Assembly (NCBI GenBank): GCA_965277285.1
Contig: OZ255721.1
Location: forward strand, 3,136,001 to 3,200,000
DNA: 64,000 nucleotides
Source: Abditibacteriaceae bacterium
GTDB taxonomy: Bacteria; Armatimonadota; Abditibacteriia; Abditibacteriales; Abditibacteriaceae
Direction of reading: 5' to 3'
A program made the position numbers and the translations under genes. A model generated the notes under the pieces. That model had not been told where the DNA came from. It did no database searches and was given only the letters and a program-made list of their open reading frames with translations. Within the stretch, counting starts at the first letter, position 1, and the number at the start of each line of letters is the position of its first letter. Of the stretch, positions 38,340 to 48,837 are shown piece after piece.

Positions 38340-39662
38340 TTAAGCGCTGGTTTTTTGCGCGGCGTTATCGCTAATTTTTTCGCCGCTCAAAGGCACATTT
38401 CCCGTCAAAGGAATGTTCTCGTAAAGCGGAAAACGCGCGCAAATTTCCGCAACGCGCTGGCTTTGCTTGAGCAGCGCCATTTCGTCCTGATGGTTCTTCA
38501 ACGATTCGACGATGATGCTGGCGATTTCGCGCATTTCGGCTTCTTTCATGCCGCGCGACGTGACAGCGGGCGTTCCCAAACGAATGCCGGAAGTCACCAG
38601 AGGCGGGCGAGGATCGAAGGGAATCTGGTTTTTATTGCACGTAATACCGACGCCTTCGAGCAGTTCTTCGCCTTCTTTTCCAGTTACGCCCGCCGGTGTC
38701 AAATCGACCAGCATCAAATGATTGTCGGTTCCGCCCGTCACCAAACGCAAACCGCCTTCGACCAAACCTTCGGCCATCGCCTGCGCGTTTTTGCGAATTT
38801 GCGTTTGATAAGTTTTGAAACCAGGTTGCAAGGCTTCGCCGAAACAGACGGCTTTGGCCGCGATGACGTGCATCAAAGGGCCGCCTTGCAAGCCAGGCAT
38901 GATCGCTTTGTCAATCGCGGAAGCGAATTCGGCCTTGCACAAAATCAATCCGGCGCGCGGGCCACGCAAGGTTTTGTGCGTCGTCGTGGTCACGAAATGC
39001 GCGTGCGGAACCGGGTTCGGATATTCGCCCGCCGAAACCAGACCCGCGACGTGCGCCATATCGACCATCAAATACGCACCGACGCTATCAGCGATTTGGC
39101 GGAAACGCGCCCAGTCGATGGTGCGCGGATAAGCCGAAAAACCGGCGATAACCATCTTTGGCTTGTGTTCCTGCGCCAAACGCTCGACTTCATCGTAATC
39201 AATGCGCTCGGTTTCGCGGTTCAAGCCATAAGCGACGGCGTTGTAAGTTTTGCCGCTGAAGCTCATTTTATGGCCGTGCGTGAGATGTCCGCCCGCGGGA
39301 AGCGCCATGCCCAGAATAGTGTCGCCAGGTTTGAGCATGGCGAGATAAACGCCCGCGTTCGCCTGGCTTCCGGCGTGCGGCTGGACATTGGCGTGTTCGG
39401 CGCCGAAGAGTTTTTTGGCGCGCTCGATGGCGAGAGTTTCCACGACATCGACGAACTCGCAGCCGCCATAATAACGCTTGCCCGGATAACCTTCGGCGTA
39501 TTTGTTGGTCATCACGCTGCCGGTCGCTTCGAGAACCGATTGCGAGGTGAAGTTTTCGGACGCGATCAGTTCGAGTTTGTCGCGCTGGCGTCGCAATTCG
39601 TTTTGAATCGCCTGCGCGACTTCCGGATCGCTTTGGCTCAGGTGCGGAAGTTCAAATGTCAT
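38340..39662 (-). CDS. glyA: Serine hydroxymethyltransferase
   Basis: [28 protein letters not shown] and [11 protein letters not shown]. Confidence 0.98.
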   Translation of the reverse strand: MTFELPHLSQSDPEVAQAIQNELRRQRDKLELIASENFTSQSVLEATGSVMTNKYAEGYPGKRYYGGCEFVDVVETLAIERAKKLFGAEHANVQPHAGSQANAGVYLAMLKPGDTILGMALPAGGHLTHGHKMSFSGKTYNAVAYGLNRETERIDYDEVERLAQEHKPKMVIAGFSAYPRTIDWARFRQIADSVGAYLMVDMAHVAGLVSAGEYPNPVPHAHFVTTTTHKTLRGPRAGLILCKAEFASAIDKAIMPGLQGGPLMHVIAAKAVCFGEALQPGFKTYQTQIRKNAQAMAEGLVEGGLRLVTGGTDNHLMLVDLTPAGVTGKEGEELLEGVGITCNKNQIPFDPRPPLVTSGIRLGTPAVTSRGMKEAEMREIASIIVESLKNHQDEMALLKQSQRVAEICARFPLYENIPLTGNVPLSGEKISDNAAQKTSA

Positions 39663-39727
39663 GGTTGAGGTTTCCTTCGTTTCGAGTACTCGATATTGGT
39701 TCAATATGGGTTCAAACGGCTCATTTC

Positions 39728-39756
39728 ATTTTAGCCGTGCGATGGCGAAGTCGCAA
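39728..39756 (-). promoter_or_regulatory. Sigma70-type promoter for glyA
   Basis: TTGCGA-N17-TAAAAT on the minus strand. Confidence 0.65.
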
Positions 39757-39770
39757 ACTTTGTCCAGAAA

Positions 39771-39883
39771 AATAGGACACGGAGGCTTCGCCCACACGGA
39801 TTTAACGGATGAACACGGATTTTCTTTAGATCTGTGTTTACCCGTGTCGTTATCTGTGTAGGCGAAGCCTCCGTGTCCTATTT
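39771..39883. repeat. Long hairpin element (family D, CACGGAT type)
   Basis: aataggacacggaggcttcgcc-cacacggat..aacacggat ... atctgtgtaggcgaagcctccgtgtcctatt. Confidence 0.8.
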
Positions 39884-39895
39884 GCCGGAAGATTT

Positions 39896-42070
39896 TCAGT
39901 GCGGCGCCAAATTCACCAAAGGCATTCGCGTCGCATCGTTCGCGTCGGGCGCGGCTTTAATCGTCAGGAACGATTGCGAATCAGAGCGCCAGACGCGGCG
40001 CCACACGTTCAGGTGAAAGTGTTTTTGGTCGCGCACCAAGCCCAGAGGAAGCGCCATCTCAACAATCGAGTACTCGATTCGTTTTTGGTGAAGAACGTTG
40101 CGCCGCACGATTTTCCAATCGCCGCTTGCGACTTGGAAACGACCTTCGCGCGTGTCGTGTTCGACCACAATCTTGCCGCTCGCCGAGTCGACAAAACGCC
40201 AGCGTTCGGGCGCATCGGTCGGCGTCATTTCCACCGCAATCGCACCAGCGCGCTCTTTTTCGTTCGCGCGCACCGCGACATATAAATATTTGGCGTCGTG
40301 CGAAATCCACAGCGAGGTTGGCGGCCACGACTCCTCAACGTTTTGCAGACGCGAAAATTGTCCGCGAAAACGAGATCGCTCGTTCCAAGTCGCATCGTTC
40401 AATTGTCCATCAATGTTTGGTGTTTGCGTCGCAAAAGGGATCGCGCCATTTCCGATGTTCAATGTCGAAACGTTTTGCGCCCAGTGATGTCGCGGAATGG
40501 GAACGTTTTCGCTGCCGCACAGCGCCAGCAAACGCGCGCGTTGCGCTTCAAACGTCGTTTCAAAATGCGCGCGTTCTGTTGCGGGAAAAAGCAGCGAATC
40601 GTCAATCGAGTACTCGATGAGTGCGCGTCGTTTGCTTTCCGGCAGCGAACGCAATAGTTCGTAATCTTGAATTGCTTCGCGCAAAATCATCAGGCGAATG
40701 GACGGTATCGGGCGCAATTTGAGGTCGGGATCGCCCGTTAAATCGGCGGGATAAAGCAGCGTTCCGTCGCCATTGGTGCCTTCAAACGATTCGAGGTTTT
40801 GCAACGGTTTCGGTCCCCAGCCGTGCGCCATCGAATAAACGAAACCGTTGATGCCGTAGCGCGCCATCATCCAGCCGTAAACGCGAACGGCGCTCGCATC
40901 ATCGTCCAAAAGCCACGTCGGATAAGGACTTTTCGGCTCGACCATCGTGTAAAACCAGGTTTCTCGCCCGTTTTTCTGCTCGCGTTGCAGATCGTTCAAA
41001 TCGAGATGACCAACACCGAAAAAGTCGCCGATGTTGGGACACCAAATATCGACTTTTCCGCGCAAAGAATTGTTGGGCGCAACCGTAACGCATTGCTTCA
41101 ACGCCAGATCGACAGCGCGTAGCTTGGTCGTTGCGTCGCGCACAGCTTCATATTGTTCGGGCGAAGGTTCATCAATGCGATAGGCGTAAGATTTTTGCAA
41201 CGTTTGGGTGCGGCGCAATTGATCGACGGCAATCGCAAAATCGGGCGAATCCTGTGGCGGCAAACGCACGCTGCGCACGCGTTCGTCGCGCAGATAATTG
41301 GCGGCGTCTTCGCTTTTCCAATCGACTGGCAAGTCGTAAGCGTTCAAGCCGTAATCGAGCAGAAAATCGTAGTAATTCTTCTTCAATTGCACGAAATCGT
41401 TGTCATTTAAGGGCGACAGATTTTTCGCGTACCAGGCGCGCAAAACATCGTAATAAACCGCGACATTGGCGCGCATCGTTTGAACTGGCAAAACCGCGTG
41501 CGAAACCTTCAACGCCAAAGCCAATTCGCGCGGTGTTTCACCTTTGGCCACGATGTTCAGCGCCGCGAAATATTGTCCGGCTTCGCTGTCGCGTGGAACA
41601 TAAACCGCGACCCACAAGACAACCGAACGATGCGCATCGACCGCGGTTTCTGCTTTGTCGTTGACGGGAATTAAAGCGTCCGGCCACCACAATGGATCGA
41701 GTACTCGATTGCCGCTGGGACGCGCCACCAAGACATAATTTTCGCGGAAGATTTGAACGTTGTCGCGCGTGATGAATTGCCCCAACGTGGTAGCGAAACT
41801 CGTCGCGGAAACCGCGAAATGCAACGGTTTGTTGTCCGCTGTGACAACGACCTGAAACGATTGCCATTCGCCGCGCGCGGCTTGCAGTTCGACGTGTTGA
41901 GTCGCAAACGGCATCAAAACGCCATTGGTTTTCGCCGTCAGTTTCTGCAATGACGAAGCCGTTTGAATGTGCCAGGAAGTTGCACTTCGCGTACTCGATT
42001 GCGCGTTGGCACCTTGAGAAAAAGAAAAAATCGCAGCCAACAGCGCCGCGACTCGAAAGAAATGTTTCAT
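39896..42070 (-). CDS. Secreted DUF4091/GH123-like glycoside hydrolase with C-terminal CBM9-like domain
   Basis: AARGEWQSFQ, WPDALIP, IDEP, GDGTLLYP, PSIRL..REAIQDYELL and PNIDGQLND. Confidence 0.75.
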   Translation of the reverse strand: MKHFFRVAALLAAIFSFSQGANAQSSTRSATSWHIQTASSLQKLTAKTNGVLMPFATQHVELQAARGEWQSFQVVVTADNKPLHFAVSATSFATTLGQFITRDNVQIFRENYVLVARPSGNRVLDPLWWPDALIPVNDKAETAVDAHRSVVLWVAVYVPRDSEAGQYFAALNIVAKGETPRELALALKVSHAVLPVQTMRANVAVYYDVLRAWYAKNLSPLNDNDFVQLKKNYYDFLLDYGLNAYDLPVDWKSEDAANYLRDERVRSVRLPPQDSPDFAIAVDQLRRTQTLQKSYAYRIDEPSPEQYEAVRDATTKLRAVDLALKQCVTVAPNNSLRGKVDIWCPNIGDFFGVGHLDLNDLQREQKNGRETWFYTMVEPKSPYPTWLLDDDASAVRVYGWMMARYGINGFVYSMAHGWGPKPLQNLESFEGTNGDGTLLYPADLTGDPDLKLRPIPSIRLMILREAIQDYELLRSLPESKRRALIEYSIDDSLLFPATERAHFETTFEAQRARLLALCGSENVPIPRHHWAQNVSTLNIGNGAIPFATQTPNIDGQLNDATWNERSRFRGQFSRLQNVEESWPPTSLWISHDAKYLYVAVRANEKERAGAIAVEMTPTDAPERWRFVDSASGKIVVEHDTREGRFQVASGDWKIVRRNVLHQKRIEYSIVEMALPLGLVRDQKHFHLNVWRRVWRSDSQSFLTIKAAPDANDATRMPLVNLAPH

Positions 42071-42079
42071 GGTAAGTCG

Positions 42080-42550
42080 TTATCCACCACCCAAATAAAA
42101 GCGTTTGTTGTCTCGTTGGGCTTCAAGAAGAACTTTCTCCAGTTCTTTCAATACGTAGATGAATTCTTCGATGTCGCCTTTATCTGCATCAACTGAATCC
42201 GGCTTGGTTTGTAACTGTTTCAGTAAAACGTGCGTTGTTTTCAAGCCATCAGAAGGGTTGCACCACACGCGTTCAGGCGTCCAAAGTTGATAGCCTTCAG
42301 CGCTGATATATCGACCGTTTTGGAAAGTCGCTTCGGCTTCCATTTCTTCGACATCTTCGCCCTGTCGAAACGCATCTTCTCGACAGTAACCGCTGAAATC
42401 ACCAAGCAGCGTAACATCAAGATCTTCAGTCATATCGTCCAACTGGTCAACGACATCCGTCAACCATTTCCATTCGACGTGCCAGAACTCTTGAGGAATG
42501 TCCTTGATATTTTCGCGCCCTTCGAGAATCGGATAAGTTGAAACGCCCAT
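42080..42550 (-). CDS. Hypothetical acidic protein
   Basis: AAGGAG RBS before ATG 42550; 156 aa. Confidence 0.7.
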   Translation of the reverse strand: MGVSTYPILEGRENIKDIPQEFWHVEWKWLTDVVDQLDDMTEDLDVTLLGDFSGYCREDAFRQGEDVEEMEAEATFQNGRYISAEGYQLWTPERVWCNPSDGLKTTHVLLKQLQTKPDSVDADKGDIEEFIYVLKELEKVLLEAQRDNKRFYLGGG

Positions 42551-42618
42551 AAATCTCCTTTGACCAATCAAGTACTCGAAAGGCGGGAGCAGCAAGCTGA
42601 CGTCCTCCGTTTTCTGGC

Positions 42619-43344
42619 TTATGCGTGCAAGCGCGATTCTTCGTTGGGATAAGCACCTTCTTCATCGACTTCGCCTTCTTCCAGCAAATGTTCGCGCAGA
42701 AAACCATTCAGGCGACGCCACAAAGTTTGCGCGGGAACGGAATCTTCGCGCCAGAAACGCGCCGCAGCGTCGTAGACTTTGACTGCGCCGCGCTTGTCGT
42801 GATTGATCATTTGCGCGCGCAAACGACCGATTTCGTTGGCCGGAAAGTTAGAATCTTGTCCGGCGAAAGCGGCGAACAAAGTGCCTTCCAAATTCGCCAG
42901 AAAATTGAGCGGCGAGCCGGGACGTTGCGCTGTCGAAACCGGATACGTGATGACGCCGCCAATATCGGCGGCAACGGCAAAACGCGCATCCGAAGCGGCG
43001 GCCATCAACGCGTAAGCGCCGCTCCAGCCCCAGCCGATGATGCCGATTCGAGTACTCGAGGCGACGTTTTCCAGATGGGAAACGATGTTTTCGACGATTT
43101 TCGCATCGGACAATGTGTCGGCGTAAACGGCGAAATCTTCGGCTGTCGGCGCCGCGCCGTCCTTGCCTTTGGCGCCTGCAAACAAGTCGGGCGTAATGAC
43201 ATCGAAGCCGGATTCGGAAAGTTTGTCCCCAACGCTTTTCGTCCAATTGTCCAAACCTTCGATGTCGTGCAGCACTACGAGAAGCGGGCGCGCAACGGTT
43301 TGTAAGGTGGTGGAATCGGTGGAAGAAGTTAATATGGAAGTCAT
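42619..43344 (-). CDS. Dienelactone hydrolase-fold protein lacking catalytic Cys/His
   Basis: VVLHDIEGL, GFDVITPDLF, IGIIGWGWSG and FAGQD. Confidence 0.75.
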   Translation of the reverse strand: MTSILTSSTDSTTLQTVARPLLVVLHDIEGLDNWTKSVGDKLSESGFDVITPDLFAGAKGKDGAAPTAEDFAVYADTLSDAKIVENIVSHLENVASSTRIGIIGWGWSGAYALMAAASDARFAVAADIGGVITYPVSTAQRPGSPLNFLANLEGTLFAAFAGQDSNFPANEIGRLRAQMINHDKRGAVKVYDAAARFWREDSVPAQTLWRRLNGFLREHLLEEGEVDEEGAYPNEESRLHA

Positions 43345-43402
43345 AAAAATTGTCCTTGAAGTAATCGAGTTGAAGAGCGGCAAGAGAACCCCGAGCGTTC
43401 TT

Positions 43403-44080
43403 TTAAGCTGATGACAAATTTTGGCAGAACGGATTAGTCGCTTTTTCCTGCGCGAGGCTTGTTGGCGCGCCGTGTCCGGGCAGAATGCGCGTGTTGTCGG
43501 GCAGGGCGCACAGTTTGGCCAGCGAACGGCGTAAGATTTCTCCATCGCTGCCCGGAATATCGGTGCGACCAACCGAACCTTTGAACAACACATCACCCGC
43601 GATGCAGACATTTTCTTGTGCAAAATAAAAAGCGACTGAACCTGGCGAATGTCCTGGAAGCAGCAAAACTTCGCATTCGAGGTCGCCGACTTTTAAGGTT
43701 TGGCCTTCGTGCAGCCACGCAGTAGGAATGATAATTGGCACTTCGGGCAAGCCGAGCAACATCACAGCCGTATCGGGCAAGCGTTCGAGCAGCCATTCAT
43801 CGTCGCGGTGCATTACAACCGGAACATCGAATTGCGATTTCCAGAGCGCGTTGTCGTAAATGTGATCGAAGTGGCCGTGCGTGTTCCAAATTGCGCTGAA
43901 TGTGTAGCCGTCGCGCGTTAATTCGAGTACTCGATTGAGCGCATTCTGGCTGTCGAGCGACGGATCAACGACGACGAATTGTTTGCTGGCGTCGTCGCGC
44001 AAAATGTATAAATTGTTGGACAAAGGGCCGACTTCAAAGGTTTCGATGTGCAAAGTTGATGGAATAGTTGAATTGGTCAT
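43403..44080 (-). CDS. MBL-fold metallo-hydrolase (YcbL/glyoxalase II-like)
   Basis: THGHFDH, PGHSPG, GDVLFKGSVGRTD and PGHG. Confidence 0.92.
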   Translation of the reverse strand: MTNSTIPSTLHIETFEVGPLSNNLYILRDDASKQFVVVDPSLDSQNALNRVLELTRDGYTFSAIWNTHGHFDHIYDNALWKSQFDVPVVMHRDDEWLLERLPDTAVMLLGLPEVPIIIPTAWLHEGQTLKVGDLECEVLLLPGHSPGSVAFYFAQENVCIAGDVLFKGSVGRTDIPGSDGEILRRSLAKLCALPDNTRILPGHGAPTSLAQEKATNPFCQNLSSA

Positions 44081-44183
44081 AACGTTGGTACTTTATCAAA
44101 ACGCGGGTGTTGCGTTATACTCGAAGTTCCTGTTTTTGAGTGATGTGCGGCCTGCATTTGAGCGATGCGCCGCGAGGTGCGCC

Positions 44184-46424
44184 ATGTCTTCTCCTTCTTC
44201 GCAGCCTTTTTCTTACCATCGGTTCGACCCTTTGAACGACGCGAGCGAAGAAACCAACTTGCCCGCGATAGCTGAATCGACGAGCGGCGCGGTTGTCGCA
44301 GCACCCAATGGACAAACCTTGGCAGGCGATTCAAGCGGAGACGAACCCTCGAGTTCCAATAGCGAAACAGTTTCGGATACTGAAGGACGCCGCGCGCGTC
44401 ATTTGCTGGATCGCGCATTTGCGCTATGGGAAAAAGGCGACAATAGCGGCGCGATTTTAGCGTGTCGCCAATCATTGACGATTGATTCTCAGGCGGCGGG
44501 CGCTTATTCGATGTTGGGCTTGTTGCTCGAACGCGCGGGCGATGTCAAAGGCGCCATTGCCGCTTATGACAAGGCCGTCGAACTCGAACCCGACAGCGTT
44601 CTCGAACGCGATAGCGCCCAGCGTTTGCGCGCCGCCAGTCAAAGCAACGCAGCGCCGATGTTTCACTTCGAAGACGCCGAACTTTTCGACACGTCCAGCG
44701 ACACGTCTACCAACGACTTGCCCGCTCTGGCGGAACCCGCATCCGCGTCACAAAACGCAAACCTCGCGGCGCCCGTGACAAATCAAGCCGCAACAAACCT
44801 CATAGCAACGCCGACGAGTGCGCCGCTATCGAGTACTCAAATCGGAGCGCCAACTGTTGCGACATCAGCAGTTGCAACGCTGACGAACAAGCCGAATACG
44901 CCGCCTCGTGCCGCGACGAACGCTGCTGTCGACGCGGCTTCTTTGTCCGGCGCAACTTTGTCCGGCGCAACGATACTCACTGCGCCCACAACTTCAAATC
45001 CCACGTTGCCCAAAGCGCAGACAACAGGTGTTGCAAGCGCGCCGCGTTCTCCGGTTGCGACGGCTCCTGTTTCTTCTGGCGCTGTGACAGCGACCATGGT
45101 TGCGCCTGCGACTGCTGCGCCTGCGACTGTTGCGCCGCGCGTCGTACCATCTTCAACGGTAACACCGACTTCGACCCAAACGCCGCGTGCGGCCGGGCAA
45201 ATTGCGCCTGTTGTGGCTTCATCGGTTGTCATGCCGAGACAAACTCCGGCGACGGGAACAAATCGGCAAGTGAACCCGTTGCCGGTGGCTTTACCATCTT
45301 CAATGCCTGTAGCGTCCGCCGCAACGCCTTCGGTTCTTCTCACTGACAGCACGCCGACTTTGATGTCTTCGTGGCAAAGCGCGCGAACGTTCTGGATGCG
45401 CAGTTTGCCGTTGGTGGCGGTGGCAGGAACCGGTTTCCTTTTTATGTTGTGGTCGCGTGGCGTAGCTCTTGACCGCGAACGTCATGCTGTCCCATCGACA
45501 TCGAGCACGACAGTGATCAATACCGTCGCGGGCGCCACAACGCCCACGACAACGAGCGTGGCCGATAACGTTGCGCCGCTGCAAAATGCTGGTGCTACGA
45601 ATGCCGGTGCTGCGAATGCGAACACTTCGAGTACTGGAAACAGCAACGTGAATGTTGCCAATGCGGGCGTCATTAAATCAACAGTTGCCAGTTCAGGCGT
45701 GCCTGCCACCACGTTACCTACACCTTCTGGCTTGATTGTCAACAATGCGCCAGCGAAAACAACGGTGACGAACACGGCGAGTTCTGCAAACACAAACCGT
45801 GCTGATCGTGTGGAAACAAGGCGCGAACGGCGCGCTCGCCGCGAGGACAACTCAGGTTATTCGGGTAACGCGAACCGCGAGGCCGAACGCCCGACATCTC
45901 GCTTGCCGCGCGGAGGAATGCCAGCGCCCGATGTGAGCTCGATTCCGCCGGCCAATGTGTCGAGTTTGCCGCGTTCATCGAACGATGCAGGCGCTTCGTC
46001 GGCTTCCAATGGCGCTCTCCCACCAATTATCCAAGTGCCGCCAAGCGATGGCGGTAATGGCGGGCAAAGCAACAACGGCGGAAATGCTGGTGGAAACAAT
46101 GGAACGCAGCCTGACTCGGGACCGTTACCGGCGTTTCCACCGCCCTCGCAGGTGCAATCGCGCACGCAAAACCAGATGAGCGAAGGTGCGCCGTCCGCCT
46201 CGTCCGAAAATAGTTCCGCAGTTCGCGCTGCCGATACGGCTTATAAATACCAGACGCGCGCTTTGATTTACGTTGAGCAGGGCAATAATTCGCGCGCCGC
46301 CAGCGATTTTCAAAGCGCGATGGCGTTATATCGTCGCCAGATCGCGCGCGGCGAAAACGTGGACGATGCGCGGCGCGGCCTCGAAGCCTGCCGCGACGGT
46401 TTGAAGTTGATTACCGCGTCTTAA
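44184..46424 (+). CDS. TPR-containing membrane-anchored low-complexity protein
   Basis: N-terminal TPRs, a long Ala/Thr/Pro linker, one TM segment and a C-terminal TPR. GAGG RBS. Confidence 0.75.
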   Translation: MSSPSSQPFSYHRFDPLNDASEETNLPAIAESTSGAVVAAPNGQTLAGDSSGDEPSSSNSETVSDTEGRRARHLLDRAFALWEKGDNSGAILACRQSLTIDSQAAGAYSMLGLLLERAGDVKGAIAAYDKAVELEPDSVLERDSAQRLRAASQSNAAPMFHFEDAELFDTSSDTSTNDLPALAEPASASQNANLAAPVTNQAATNLIATPTSAPLSSTQIGAPTVATSAVATLTNKPNTPPRAATNAAVDAASLSGATLSGATILTAPTTSNPTLPKAQTTGVASAPRSPVATAPVSSGAVTATMVAPATAAPATVAPRVVPSSTVTPTSTQTPRAAGQIAPVVASSVVMPRQTPATGTNRQVNPLPVALPSSMPVASAATPSVLLTDSTPTLMSSWQSARTFWMRSLPLVAVAGTGFLFMLWSRGVALDRERHAVPSTSSTTVINTVAGATTPTTTSVADNVAPLQNAGATNAGAANANTSSTGNSNVNVANAGVIKSTVASSGVPATTLPTPSGLIVNNAPAKTTVTNTASSANTNRADRVETRRERRARREDNSGYSGNANREAERPTSRLPRGGMPAPDVSSIPPANVSSLPRSSNDAGASSASNGALPPIIQVPPSDGGNGGQSNNGGNAGGNNGTQPDSGPLPAFPPPSQVQSRTQNQMSEGAPSASSENSSAVRAADTAYKYQTRALIYVEQGNNSRAASDFQSAMALYRRQIARGENVDDARRGLEACRDGLKLITAS

Positions 46425-46482
46425 TTCCGCTGCCTTTTGGTTTTAAGGCGTGGTTTGATGACGTTTTTGTTGGAGAAATTGC

Positions 46483-48717
46483 ATGACATTTCCTATTCGT
46501 CCGGCGCAACACCAAAGCCCGACATCGCTTTCGAGTACTCGATATAGCGCAAAATGCGCCTCTTCCTGGACAACTGTTTTGGCGGATGCCGTCGCGCCCT
46601 GCGTTTTGTTATGCGCTCTGTCCGCGCCCGTTTTTGCCGTTCCTTCGTCGCCTACGCCATCAGCTATGCCATCGGCGACGCCTTCTGTGACGCCTTCTGT
46701 GACAACGCCTCCTACGATCACTACGCCAATGGTTGCGGCGGCTCCAATTGCTTCTTCCACAGCAAATTCAGCAAATGCGAGCGCGATTGTTTCCGCTGCT
46801 TCGTTGTCGGCGTTCAATGTTTTGCTGGTGCCGTTGGATCATCTGGGAAATACGGCGTCTGACACGGCGAGCCTGGGCAATGGTATAACGGATAGCGCCA
46901 CCGAATTGGCAGCGGGCAGCGAGGCGGCGATTGTCGTTGGCCCGGCGCAAGCGGCAGCGGCTCCTTTGCGTCGCGCCTTATTGAAGCGCGGTTTAAGTGA
47001 CGTATTGACAGCGGCACCAAATAGTTCCGTGTTGCGTCGCGCGGTCGCTGAAAACCGCTTGTCGCAACGAGTACTCGATCAATTGAATGAGGCGATGAGT
47101 ACCATTGCTGCTTCGGTCAGCCTGACAACAAGCGACGCATCCGCTGCTTTGATGCCGCCAACCTCCGTATCGACTGCGCCATCTTCCAGTTCATCGACTT
47201 CAACTGCGCCAGCTATGGATCCGAGCGCAGATAATCCAAACGCGAACGCGTCGTCGTTGCCCGCGATTGTTCCGAGCGTGATGCTGAGCGCTCAGGTGAA
47301 CTCATTTGAGAGCGCCACGCAGCGTGCAATTGCGGCGGCGTCGCGCTTGGGACAGGCTTTGAATTATCGCGCGGTCTTGATTTTGACGCTGACTTCCGAC
47401 AGTGCAGGAAAAACGCACTACGTGATGCTGTTGGTCGACGCGTTGCGCGAAACCGGCGATGTTACAACTTTCGATGTTCCAGCCGCCAGTTCCGCAGTCA
47501 GCACAACGGCAACGACAACAACCGGAACGACGAACGCCAATCGTTTGGTGAGTTATCAGAATTCGGCGGAAGTCGGTTCCACTCTGCTACAGCAAAAGCT
47601 GGCGATTTGGGCACAGGCGCCATCGGGAGATCGCAACAAAATCACGGCGGATTCGCTGGCGACAGCGCGTGCGGCTTTATCGGAAAATCGCCTGAGCGAT
47701 GCGCGCGATGCCTTGTCGCGCGTTTTGGCTTTTGATGCAACGCAACGCGATGCGCTTATGCTACTGGGCGATGTTCAACTCAAAGGCGGCGACGCAGATG
47801 CCGCGATATTGTCGTATCGCCGCGCGGCGGCTTTGGACGGCGATAAAGGCGCGGCGTGGGCGCAAATTGCGACGGCTTATGCTGCTTCGAGCAACTGGCC
47901 CGAAACCTTGAACGCCGGAAAACAAGCGCTGGCGGCGAATACCGATTCGGTGGCGTTGCGCTTAGCGATGGCGACTGCGCAACTGGGACGCGCGCAACTT
48001 TTTACCGATGCAGGACGCGCCGAAAGCGCTGATGACGCGTTGCAGGATGCCGCAATTCATCTGGCGCAAGCGCGACAAATGGCGCCCGACGATCCCGCAG
48101 TTTTACGCTTACTGGCGCAGCAGTTGACGATGCAAAATCAGTCGCGCCAGGCGCTGCAGATGCTCGACCGCGCCGCGCCGCAACTCATCGGCGACCGCGA
48201 TTTCCAAGTTTCTTACGCGACACTTTTGGCCGGGCGCGACGGGCGCGAACGAGACGCTTTCGCCGCTTGGATGCGCGCCACGAAATTGTCCAACGATGCG
48301 GCTGCAAACCCCGGTTCGAGTACTGGAAATGCGACGCAATTGCCGACTGTGGATCGCGCGCGTTTTCGTCGCCTGGTCGAAGGCTACGATCAAACGGTGG
48401 CGAAGATGGTGATGCGCGCTTATGCACTGACCGATGGCGTGGTGCAGGGAAATATTTCGCGCGATAGCGCCCTGCTCGAACTCAAGCCGATGACGGACGA
48501 CATCGCGCTGGCCAACAGCGTTCTGAAATCGCTAACGCCTCCCGACGACCGCCAGCGCGACGCTTACACCGCGCGCTTGGCCGTCGGCGATACTTTCAGC
48601 CAAGCCATCAACGCTTATGAAATGTACGCGGAAAACAGCGACGATTCTCTGCACGACAAAGCTATCGAACTGCACAAAGACGCCATGGCGCGCCTGAACG
48701 CGCTGCGCTCCAGTTAG
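46483..48717 (+). CDS. TPR-containing hypothetical protein, probably exported
   Basis: Hydrophobic leader, Ser/Thr/Pro tract and several TPR-like helices. Start uncertain. Confidence 0.75.
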   Translation: MTFPIRPAQHQSPTSLSSTRYSAKCASSWTTVLADAVAPCVLLCALSAPVFAVPSSPTPSAMPSATPSVTPSVTTPPTITTPMVAAAPIASSTANSANASAIVSAASLSAFNVLLVPLDHLGNTASDTASLGNGITDSATELAAGSEAAIVVGPAQAAAAPLRRALLKRGLSDVLTAAPNSSVLRRAVAENRLSQRVLDQLNEAMSTIAASVSLTTSDASAALMPPTSVSTAPSSSSSTSTAPAMDPSADNPNANASSLPAIVPSVMLSAQVNSFESATQRAIAAASRLGQALNYRAVLILTLTSDSAGKTHYVMLLVDALRETGDVTTFDVPAASSAVSTTATTTTGTTNANRLVSYQNSAEVGSTLLQQKLAIWAQAPSGDRNKITADSLATARAALSENRLSDARDALSRVLAFDATQRDALMLLGDVQLKGGDADAAILSYRRAAALDGDKGAAWAQIATAYAASSNWPETLNAGKQALAANTDSVALRLAMATAQLGRAQLFTDAGRAESADDALQDAAIHLAQARQMAPDDPAVLRLLAQQLTMQNQSRQALQMLDRAAPQLIGDRDFQVSYATLLAGRDGRERDAFAAWMRATKLSNDAAANPGSSTGNATQLPTVDRARFRRLVEGYDQTVAKMVMRAYALTDGVVQGNISRDSALLELKPMTDDIALANSVLKSLTPPDDRQRDAYTARLAVGDTFSQAINAYEMYAENSDDSLHDKAIELHKDAMARLNALRSS

Positions 48718-48833
48718 CAGGAGGCAGCGGCAGGAGGCAGTTCGAGTACTCGAAATGGAAACAGTGTCGCTGAACTGTCCTGCGCCCCAACTGCCGCTGC
48801 TTTCTGCCGCTGCTTCCTGATGACTGCCTCCTG
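48717..48833. repeat. Inverted GCAGGAG/GGCAG short-repeat element with a palindrome copy inside
   Basis: gcaggaggcagcggcaggaggcag-TTCGAGTACTCGAA ... ctgccgctgc..ctgcctcctg. Confidence 0.6.
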
Positions 48834-48837
48834 AACT

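Noticed and set aside
39663..39895. ZTP or THF riboswitch upstream of glyA
   Set aside because: The long hairpin is a repeat-type element upstream of the predicted promoter, and the remaining leader is short with no aptamer motif.
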